A stretch of 64,000 nt of DNA from Candidatus Woesearchaeota archaeon (GTDB lineage Archaea > Nanobdellota > Nanobdellia > Woesearchaeales > UBA10216): contig JACPTF010000002.1 of assembly GCA_016192915.1 (NCBI GenBank), positions 67,530-131,529 on the forward strand. The letters run 5' to 3'. The notes below the pieces were generated by a model that was not told the origin of the DNA, made no database searches, and saw nothing but the letters and a program-made list of their open reading frames with translations. The position numbers and the translations under genes were made by a program. Below, piece after piece: positions 57,079-64,000 of this stretch; the first letter of the stretch is position 1, and the number at the start of each line of letters is the position of its first letter.

Positions 57079-58875
57079 ATGTTAAGAACCAATACCTGCG
57101 GGGAGCTGACTGCCAAAGACATAGGCAGGATTGTTACGCTGGCCGGCTGGTGCCATTCCAGAAGGGACCACGGCGGGGTAATCTTTATTGACTTGCGTGA
57201 CAGGTATGGATTAACGCAGGTAGTTCTTGACCCAAGCCACAGCAAAAAAGTCCACAAGCTGGGCGAGCACATAGGGAGGGAGTGGGTCATTTCTGCAAAA
57301 GGCAAGGTGAGGAACAGGCCTAAGGACATGGTCAATCCTAAAATGGCCACGGGTGAAATAGAGGTCCTTGTTGATGAGCTTCAGATAATAACGAAAGCCG
57401 CTGTTCCGCCAATTGAAGTGGATGACAGGGTGGAAGCCTCTGAAGATATCAGGATGAAGTACAAGTACCTTGACCTGAGAAGGCCAATGATGCAGCAACG
57501 GCTGATTTTCAGGCATAAAGCGGCTGAAGCAGTGAGGGAGTACTTCAGCAAAAACAGCTTTATTGAGATTGAAACGCCTCTCCTCGTCAGGTCAACCCCT
57601 GAGGGGGCAAGGGACTATGTCGTTCCAAGCCGGGTTAGTCCTGGAAAGTTCTATGCCCTGCCGCAAAGCCCGCAGCTGTATAAACAGATTCTGATGATAG
57701 CTGGGTTCGATAAGTATTTTCAGCTTGCAAAATGCCTCAGGGATGAGGACTTAAGAGCAGACAGGCAGCCTGAGCACACCCAGATTGACTTTGAGATAAG
57801 CTTCGTTGACGAGAAAGACGTAATGCTGTTCGTTGAGGGGCTCTACAAGCACCTGTTCAAGGAAATGCTGGAGATTGACTTAAAAACGCCGTTCCAAGTG
57901 CTGACGCACGCCGAAACAATGGCAAAATATGGCACTGACAAGCCAGACTTAAGGTTCGGCATGGAACTTACTGATGTAACAGAGATTGTGAGAAAATCAG
58001 ACTTCAAAACATTTGCATCTGAGGAGCAAGTCAAATGCGTGGTTGCTGAAAAAGACTTCAGCAGAAACGAGATAGACGAGCTAATAGGATGGGCAAAGGA
58101 AAATGGCGCAAAAGGGCTTGCGTGGATGAAAGCAACCGACAAAGGGTTGGAGTCATCAATCGTAAAGTTCTTCAGCACAGAAATACAGAAGCAGCTGCTT
58201 CTGAAAACAAAGGCAAAGAAGGGCTCGGTTCTGTTCTTCGTTGCAGACAGCAAGAAAAAGGTTGCGGAAGTCCTTGGAAAACTAAGGGTTGAGCTGGGGC
58301 AAAGGTTTGGGCTGATACCCAAATCGGCCGCTACCGATTGGGCCCAGTCGCAGCAGCGACTTGGGAATGACAAGGAATTCAAGTTCTGCTGGGTAGTTGC
58401 TTTTCCTTTGTTTGAATGGAATGCTGACGTGAATAGGTGGGAGGCAGCGCACCACATGTTCACATCGCCAAAGCCTGAGCACGCAGATTTGCTTGAGAAA
58501 GACCCGGGTAAGGTTCTCGGAAACCTTTACGACCTCGTGCTCAACGGAACAGAGTTGGGTTCTGGCTCAATACGCATTAACAGCCCAGATCTGCAGGAAA
58601 GGGTGATGAAGGTTGTTGGCTTAAGCCATGAAGCTGCCCAGGCAAAGTTTGGGTTTCTTCTTGAGGCATACAAGTTTGGAGCTCCTGTTCATGGTGGGAT
58701 GGGGATAGGATTTGACAGGACAGTAGCGCTCATGCAGGGGCTGCACGACATAAGGGAGGTTATTGCTTTTCCGAAAAACAAAAAGGCTGAGAGTCCGATG
58801 GACGGCTCGCCATCAGAAGTTGAAGAGAGGCAGCTTAAGGAGCTGCACATCAAGAGTGATGTGGTTGGAAAATGA
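57079..58875 (+). CDS. aspS: Aspartate--tRNA ligase, bacterial type (with GAD insertion domain), carrying an in-frame repeat insertion
   Basis: 598 aa; class II motifs; bacterial-type length. Adjacent gatCA suggests the non-discriminating enzyme. Segment KSAATDWAQSQQRLGN is encoded by a repeat copy. Confidence 0.9.
   Translation: MLRTNTCGELTAKDIGRIVTLAGWCHSRRDHGGVIFIDLRDRYGLTQVVLDPSHSKKVHKLGEHIGREWVISAKGKVRNRPKDMVNPKMATGEIEVLVDELQIITKAAVPPIEVDDRVEASEDIRMKYKYLDLRRPMMQQRLIFRHKAAEAVREYFSKNSFIEIETPLLVRSTPEGARDYVVPSRVSPGKFYALPQSPQLYKQILMIAGFDKYFQLAKCLRDEDLRADRQPEHTQIDFEISFVDEKDVMLFVEGLYKHLFKEMLEIDLKTPFQVLTHAETMAKYGTDKPDLRFGMELTDVTEIVRKSDFKTFASEEQVKCVVAEKDFSRNEIDELIGWAKENGAKGLAWMKATDKGLESSIVKFFSTEIQKQLLLKTKAKKGSVLFFVADSKKKVAEVLGKLRVELGQRFGLIPKSAATDWAQSQQRLGNDKEFKFCWVVAFPLFEWNADVNRWEAAHHMFTSPKPEHADLLEKDPGKVLGNLYDLVLNGTELGSGSIRINSPDLQERVMKVVGLSHEAAQAKFGFLLEAYKFGAPVHGGMGIGFDRTVALMQGLHDIREVIAFPKNKKAESPMDGSPSEVEERQLKELHIKSDVVGK
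58321..58365. repeat. Modular palindromic repeat element, copy 6, in frame inside aspS
   Basis: ccgattgggcccagtcgc-agcag-cgacttggg; same units as intergenic copies 1, 2 and 7. Confidence 0.85.
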
Positions 58876-59093
58876 ACCGGCTTCTGCGTTTATTTCTCTA
58901 CCTTTGTGTTAGTGTGTTGATTTTTGTTTTGATATTAATACCTGTCGGCTTTTTAGTGCAAACAGTTTCCGGCACCTGTGAATTTTCGGAAGGCACATGC
59001 GGTTCACTTCGATTATCGATCGATCTGTTAATTTTAATCGCTGTTGTGGCTGCTTCACAACTAATAACCTACAAAATTTTTACAAAATTTTGA
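58872..59093 (+). CDS. Small membrane protein (hypothetical)
   Basis: 73 aa; two hydrophobic segments; 4-nt overlap with the aspS stop. Confidence 0.4.
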   Translation: MNRLLRLFLYLCVSVLIFVLILIPVGFLVQTVSGTCEFSEGTCGSLRLSIDLLILIAVVAASQLITYKIFTKF

Positions 59094-59102
59094 GGCTGCC
59101 GA

Positions 59103-59645
59103 ATGTTTGTTCTGGTAACCAGCAACGAAAGGAAGCTTGAGGAATTCAGAGAGCTGCTGAAAGGGCTAAACTTTGAAGTTCTGAAAACAGAAAAGCCTGA
59201 GCTTAGGTCTGATGACATCTGCGAGGTTGCAAAAACAGCTGCTAAAGCTATTTGCGGGAAAATACAGAAGCCGGTTGTTGTTGAGGACTCAGGACTGTTC
59301 ATTGATGCCTTAAAGGGCTTTCCTGGAACGTGCACTGCTTACGCCTTCAAAAGGATAGGCAACAGAGGCATTCTGGAGTTAATGAAAGGAGTAAAAAACA
59401 GGCGGTGCTGGTACAAATCTGCTGTCGGCTACTGCGAGCCGGGAAAAGAGCCGGCATGCTTCCTTGGCAGCGAGGAAGGAAGAATTTCTGAGAGGGAAAA
59501 AGGCAAGGGCGGCTGGGGGCAGGACCCGATATTCGTACCGAAAGGAAAAAGCAGGACTTACGGCGAACTGAGGAAGAAGGGTGATGTTAATTTGTTTAGG
59601 AAGGAAGCGATTGAGAAGTTGAAAAGTTTTTTGGAGACAAAATGA
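59103..59645 (+). CDS. Non-canonical purine NTP pyrophosphatase (Ham1/RdgB/ITPase family)
   Basis: VLVTSNERKLEEF...VVEDSGLFIDALKGFPG motifs. Confidence 0.8.
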   Translation: MFVLVTSNERKLEEFRELLKGLNFEVLKTEKPELRSDDICEVAKTAAKAICGKIQKPVVVEDSGLFIDALKGFPGTCTAYAFKRIGNRGILELMKGVKNRRCWYKSAVGYCEPGKEPACFLGSEEGRISEREKGKGGWGQDPIFVPKGKSRTYGELRKKGDVNLFRKEAIEKLKSFLETK

Positions 59646-60316
59646 GGACGGTAGATAGCCTTGTAAAGCTCGCAATGATGAATTTTCTAAAAGCTAGTGC
59701 TGTTTTCTATGGCGTAAAAATTTACGGTCTTGAAAATGTCGAAACTGAAAAAGGGAGTGTTTTTGGAGTCAAACACGCCAATAGTGTTGACCTTCCACTC
59801 ATGGTTCACGTGCTTCAAGGCAAAGCAACAATATTTGCATCCAGTCATATTTTCAAGAATCCGGCAGCAAACTATATGCTCACAGTGGCTGGCGCCGTAC
59901 CCCTCTATACAGCTCCAGATTATAAAGTGTTGAGATTAAACGGGGAATTGACCTCTCAGGCAGAATTAATAAAAAATGGATTGGAAGCACAAAAATGGCT
60001 GGCTTATGCACCAGAGGGAAACGTAGGCATGGGCTTTGTACGAGAGGATATTTACCCACAAATGCTAATAAAAGCAGCCAGCCACGGTCATCACACTTAC
60101 CTTGTTGGCATAAAGTTTAGGCATACTTACCACCCGTGGTTTTCTTTCGTGCGATGGCCATGGCAAAACGGAATTGAAGTTAGGATTGAGGAATACAATG
60201 CTGCTGGTAAACCACTTGGACTGGTTAAGGAAGAGGTAAGGGAATATCTAGCAAGGCTTAGCGGGCTTGATTGTTTAGAACAAAGAGTTAAACAACTAGC
60301 CCCCAGAAATAACTGA
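59642..60316 (+). CDS. PlsC/LPLAT-like acyltransferase (HX4D motif)
   Basis: VKHANSVDLPL contains H-x4-D; followed by the conserved ...YAPEGN.. block (EGxR-like). Confidence 0.5.
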   Translation: MRTVDSLVKLAMMNFLKASAVFYGVKIYGLENVETEKGSVFGVKHANSVDLPLMVHVLQGKATIFASSHIFKNPAANYMLTVAGAVPLYTAPDYKVLRLNGELTSQAELIKNGLEAQKWLAYAPEGNVGMGFVREDIYPQMLIKAASHGHHTYLVGIKFRHTYHPWFSFVRWPWQNGIEVRIEEYNAAGKPLGLVKEEVREYLARLSGLDCLEQRVKQLAPRNN

Positions 60317-60532
60317 CAGGATTTTAACCTCGTCTTTATCGCTCAGTGTGTCGTCTTCCGTAACAAGGCCGTTATTTTTCGCAACCAAGACTGCCGCAGG
60401 ATTGAGATTAAGCTTTTTCAGCAAAGCAGAGACCTTGCCGCTGAACTTAAGCTTCTTCCTTGCGTTTTCGCGCTCAATAAAGATTTCCATGTTTTTGAAA
60501 AAGACAGTCCTGCTTAATAAGTTTTTGAACAA
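60296..60532 (-). CDS. MoaD/ThiS/SAMP-like ubiquitin-fold protein ending in Gly-Gly
   Basis: 78 aa; C-terminus ...KILSVISGG; beta-grasp-like pattern. Confidence 0.6.
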   Translation of the reverse strand: MFKNLLSRTVFFKNMEIFIERENARKKLKFSGKVSALLKKLNLNPAAVLVAKNNGLVTEDDTLSDKDEVKILSVISGG

Positions 60533-60736
60533 TTTCCAAAAATTTCCGTAAAAACAGGCATTCCTGCATTTATAAATACTAATATGGACTGGTTGCTGGC
60601 GGTTTTAGGCAAAGCTTTGCGAATTTTAGCTCTGCAGGCTCTGGAAGGGCTTTTTTCCATGGGAAAGTATGGGGTTATGCTTACTTGAAAGGTCTTGTTT
60701 AAAAATAGCAGTGTTTATAAATAAGAACAGATAAGT

Positions 60737-60748
60737 GCTTATAAATAG
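60737..60748 (+). promoter_or_regulatory. TATA box (gcttataaatag) for tbp; consistent with a leaderless transcript
   Basis: Centre about 29 nt upstream of the ATG at 60771; a second TATA-like gtttataaata lies at 60713-60723. Confidence 0.4.
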
Positions 60749-60770
60749 AGTTTAGGGGGTGTTTAACAGA

Positions 60771-61328
60771 ATGGGCAAGAGAGAAATCACTGTAGTGAAC
60801 ATAGTAGTAAGCACTTCTTTGGGTCATGACATTCCTCTTGAGAAGATGAATGCCATGCTTTCAAACACAGAGTACAACCCTGAGCAGTTCCCGGGGCTGG
60901 TTATAAGGATAAAGGAGCCGAAAACATCTGCCCTTGTCTTCAGCAGCGGAAAGGTTGTCTGCACAGGCGCAAGGTCTATGGATAAGGTTGAGGAGTCAAT
61001 AAAGAAGATTATCAAGAGCCTTGAGAAGATTGGCATAAAGATAACGATAAAGCCAGAAATCAAGATTCAGAACATTGTCGCTTCAGGAACGGTGGGAATG
61101 GACCTTAACCTGAACACGCTAGCAATGAAGCTCAGCAACACAGAGTACGAGCCGGAGCAGTTCCCGGGGCTTGTTTACAAGCTCATAGACGGGCCTGTAA
61201 AGGCGACATTCCTCCTTTTCAGCAACGGAAAGGTTGTCTGCACAGGAACAAAGAGCGAAGAGGAAGTCAACAAATCACTTGACAAGCTTATTGACAACCT
61301 GAAGAAGGCTTCGGGGAAGAAAGGATAA
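60771..61328 (+). CDS. tbp: TATA-box binding protein
   Basis: Two direct TBP repeats (NTEYNPEQFPGLVIRIKEPK... and NTEYEPEQFPGLVYKLIDGP...); start moved to the ATG at 60771. Confidence 0.9.
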   Translation: MGKREITVVNIVVSTSLGHDIPLEKMNAMLSNTEYNPEQFPGLVIRIKEPKTSALVFSSGKVVCTGARSMDKVEESIKKIIKSLEKIGIKITIKPEIKIQNIVASGTVGMDLNLNTLAMKLSNTEYEPEQFPGLVYKLIDGPVKATFLLFSNGKVVCTGTKSEEEVNKSLDKLIDNLKKASGKKG

Positions 61329-61404
61329 ATTTTGCAGGGCTTAAGCACTCTTACTCTAAAACATGTTGCGGCCATGCTGAAGCAGGAATCGGCAGGCGTC
61401 AAAA

Positions 61405-63462
61405 ATGGGCGAAAAGGACATAACCGCGAAAGGCATCATGATGCTCGAAGCCACAGAGCAGATAGAGCGGTTCAAGGAATTCTTTGAAGAAATTGAAAAG
61501 AAAAACATGCTTGAAGCCGTATCATCGGGCAGGGCTTCGATAACAACTGATTTTGCAAAGCTTTCGGCGTTTGACCCAAAACTGGCTGTGGACTTGCTCG
61601 ACTATCCTGAAGAGGTAATCAAAGCCGCTGAACTGTCGATAAGGGAGATAGAGCTTCCAACAGATGTAAACAAGCTCAGGGTCAGGGTAAAAAACCTTCC
61701 GGAATCCCAGAAGCTGATGATAAGGGAGATAAGAAGCAACCACCTGGGAAGGCTCCTGGTTCTGGACGGGATTGTGAGAAGGAAATCAGATGTGAGGCCG
61801 CAAGTCATAAAAACCGAGTTTGAATGCCCTAACTGCGGGAGGATAATATCACTCCTGCAGACAGAAGCCACGTTCAAAGAGCCGAGGAGTTGCAGCTGCG
61901 GCAGAAAGGGAAACTTCAGGCTCATGGGTAAGGAGATGGTTGACGCTCAAAGCATGGTGCTGGAAGAAAACCCGGAGATGCTTGAAGGAGGAGACCAGCC
62001 AAAGCGAATAGGGGTTTTCCTTAAAGAGGACCTTGTAAGCCCGATAAGCGAGAAAAGGACTAACCCCGGAAACAGGGTAAGGGTAGTCGGAATACTGAAA
62101 GACGTGCCAGTGATAAAGCAGGGAAGCCGCTCAACAAACTACGAACTTTTAATCGATACGAATTACATAGAAACGATAGATGAGGATTTTTATGATATAA
62201 ACATTTCAAAAGAGGACGAAGAGCGCATAATGGCCCTGGCAAAAGACCCAAGAGTGTATGACAAGCTGGTTGCTGCCATTGCGCCGTCAATTTACGGCTA
62301 TGAAAAAGTGAAGGAGTCCCTCATGCTGCAGCTTATGGGTGGTGTGCAGAAAAAGCGTTCCGACGGGATTGTCTCAAGAGGGGATATCCACGTTTTGCTG
62401 GTGGGCGACCCTGGATCAGGAAAAAGCCAGCTCCTGAAAAGGGTAAGCGTCATAGCGCCGAAAGGAAGATACGTAAGCGGAGGGGGCGTAAGCGGGGCAG
62501 GCATAACGGCTGCAGTAGTCAAAGATGAAATCCTTGGGGGCTGGAGCCTTGAGGCGGGAGCACTGGTCCTTGCAAACAACGGCGTTTGCTCAATAGATGA
62601 GATGGACAAGATGAGCGAGGAGGACACAGGAGCCATGCACGAGGCGCTGGAACAGCAGAGTGTTAGTATTGCGAAGGCAAACATACAGGCAACGCTCATG
62701 GCCCGCACAACAGTCCTTGCCGCAGCAAACCCGAAATTCGGAAGGTTTGACCCGTACGGAAACATAGCAGAGCAGATAAACCTCCCGCCTGCGCTTATAA
62801 ACAGATTCGACTTGATATTCACAATAAAAGACATGCCACAGAAAGAAAATGATGAAAAGATAGCAGGCCACATACTGCAGCTGCACCAAACCCCGGACGT
62901 GCACGAGCCTGAGATTTCAACAGAATTCCTGAAAAAGTACATTTCGTATGCGAGGCAGAAAGTAAGGCCGTTTCTGGAGGATAATGCAATAGATGAAATA
63001 AAAGAATTCTACGTGCAGCTTAGAAACAGGGCAGTCAGCGACGAAAGGGCGGCAAGGGCAATACCAATATCAGCAAGGCAGCTTGAAGCCCTGGTCAGGA
63101 TGAGCGAGGCATCGGCAAAGGTAAGGCTGTCAGACAAGGTAACAAGGGAAGATGCTAAGAGGGCAATTGAGCTGTTGATGTACTGCCTGATGGAAGTAGG
63201 AAGGGAGAAAGAAACGGGCCAGATCGACATAGATAGGATAGCCACTGGCATACCGGCATCGCAAAGAGAGAAGATGTTCCTGATAAAGCAAATACTGGAC
63301 GACCTTGAAAAAGAACTAGGGAAAACTATCCCTGTAGAGGACGTTGCAAGGATTGCTGTTGAAAAAGGCCTAAGCAAGGCAGAAGTGGATGAAATAATAG
63401 AAAGGCTCAAGAGAATAGGCGATGTTTACGAGCCAAGATACGGCTTCCTGTCCAGAGTGTGA
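61405..63462 (+). CDS. mcm: Minichromosome maintenance (MCM) replicative helicase
   Basis: 685 aa; zinc finger CPNCG...CSCG; Walker A GDPGSGKSQ; Walker B IDEMDKM; arginine finger SARQ; no intein. Confidence 0.95.
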   Translation: MGEKDITAKGIMMLEATEQIERFKEFFEEIEKKNMLEAVSSGRASITTDFAKLSAFDPKLAVDLLDYPEEVIKAAELSIREIELPTDVNKLRVRVKNLPESQKLMIREIRSNHLGRLLVLDGIVRRKSDVRPQVIKTEFECPNCGRIISLLQTEATFKEPRSCSCGRKGNFRLMGKEMVDAQSMVLEENPEMLEGGDQPKRIGVFLKEDLVSPISEKRTNPGNRVRVVGILKDVPVIKQGSRSTNYELLIDTNYIETIDEDFYDINISKEDEERIMALAKDPRVYDKLVAAIAPSIYGYEKVKESLMLQLMGGVQKKRSDGIVSRGDIHVLLVGDPGSGKSQLLKRVSVIAPKGRYVSGGGVSGAGITAAVVKDEILGGWSLEAGALVLANNGVCSIDEMDKMSEEDTGAMHEALEQQSVSIAKANIQATLMARTTVLAAANPKFGRFDPYGNIAEQINLPPALINRFDLIFTIKDMPQKENDEKIAGHILQLHQTPDVHEPEISTEFLKKYISYARQKVRPFLEDNAIDEIKEFYVQLRNRAVSDERAARAIPISARQLEALVRMSEASAKVRLSDKVTREDAKRAIELLMYCLMEVGREKETGQIDIDRIATGIPASQREKMFLIKQILDDLEKELGKTIPVEDVARIAVEKGLSKAEVDEIIERLKRIGDVYEPRYGFLSRV

Positions 63463-63512
63463 CCCCCAATTCGCTTTGGCGAATGGGCCCAGTCGACGCA
63501 AGTCAACTTGGG
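63463..63512. repeat. Modular palindromic repeat element, copy 7, directly after the mcm stop
   Basis: ccaattcgc-tttg-gcgaatgg + gcccagtcgacgcaagtcaacttggg. Confidence 0.75.
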
Positions 63513-63539
63513 CTTTTCCTAAAAGGGTCAATCCAAAAA
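63513..63539. repeat. Second conserved motif, copy c (cttttcctaaaagggtcaatccaaaaa)
   Basis: Hairpin cctttt-ccta-aaaagg + gtcaatccaaaaa; immediately 3' of palindromic copy 7 and about 20 nt upstream of the next ATG. Confidence 0.65.
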
Positions 63540-63557
63540 CTAATTCGAAAATGAACA

Positions 63558-64000
63558 ATGCAGCAGGAAAATCAGTTCAAAAGGGAAGTTGCCAGAAAAG
63601 CAAGCGTGGCTGACATTCTTAGAGGGGCGTTTGCCGAAAATGAGGAAGGAAGCCGCACATTGCTCATAAGCGGCAAACATGCAAGAAGGGTTAACATACT
63701 TGCAACGATAGTTGACAAAAGTGGCCAAGAAAACCAGGCTTACAAAAGCGCAGTGATTGACGACGGAACAGCACGGATAAGGCTCAGGTTCTTCGATAAT
63801 GAGCCATGGCTTTTCGAAAAAGCTGGGGTAGGGGATTTTGCACTAATAGTGGGAAAGCCAAGAAGCTACGGCAGCGAAAGCTACATTGCACCGGAGATAA
63901 TAAAGCCGCTAAAGGATGTCAAGTGGGCTGAAGTGAGGAAGCTGGAACTCAAGGCATTGCAAACGCCCATGAGGGAAGGAACAGAGGAGGGCAATGCTGT
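63558..64000 (+). CDS. OB-fold (RPA/SSB-like) nucleic-acid-binding protein, partial (runs off the window end)
   Basis: Open frame from ATG 63558 with no stop to the window end (absent from the ORF track); ...RVNILATIVDKSGQENQAYKSAVIDDGTARIRLRFFDNEPWLFEKAGVGDFALIVGKPRSYG is an OB-fold pattern; next to mcm. Confidence 0.5.
   Translation, partial: MQQENQFKREVARKASVADILRGAFAENEEGSRTLLISGKHARRVNILATIVDKSGQENQAYKSAVIDDGTARIRLRFFDNEPWLFEKAGVGDFALIVGKPRSYGSESYIAPEIIKPLKDVKWAEVRKLELKALQTPMREGTEEGNA

Noticed and set aside
60596-60700. 34-aa ORF (MDWLLAVLGKALRILALQALEGLFSMGKYGVMLT) in the tbp promoter region
   Set aside because: Short, no conservation signal, and sits over two TATA-like boxes. More likely regulatory DNA.
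1-64000. CRISPR arrays, rRNA genes, integrase/transposase genes
   Set aside because: Scanned for regularly spaced direct repeats, rRNA-like conserved stretches and recombinase motifs. None found. The repeats present are hairpin-type dispersed elements, not CRISPR.

Overview
This window looks like a compact archaeal chromosome segment of about 50% GC, probably from a small-genome (DPANN-like) lineage. It carries:
- An A-type ATP synthase operon (atpC-F-A-B-D) with a LAGLIDADG intein inside atpB.
- Two large archaeal ribosomal-protein/SecY clusters (L3 to L15, SecY; S13-S4-S11-rpoD, L18e-L13-S9-rpoN).
- Several aminoacyl-tRNA synthetases (pheST, leuS, trpS, bacterial-type aspS) plus gatCA.
- Replication and transcription factors (MCM, a fused PriS-PriL primase, TBP, TFE, type-IA topoisomerase).
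- An SRP RNA on the minus strand, and a tRNA-Leu(GAG) with a 54-nt intron.

The most unusual content is a family of small modular palindromic repeats at seven or more loci. One copy is a TIR/TSD-bounded MITE-like element. Two copies sit in frame inside the essential genes gatA and aspS, resembling Rickettsia palindromic elements.

Also notable:
- A low-GC free-standing LAGLIDADG homing-endonuclease island lies between rps9 and rpoN, next to a +1 frameshift in rpoN.
- A second ~35-nt conserved motif recurs four times, once inside the tRNA intron.
- A nadK 3' fragment is duplicated next to an inserted GT2 gene.
- mgtC is a pseudogene.

No rRNA genes or CRISPR arrays were seen.
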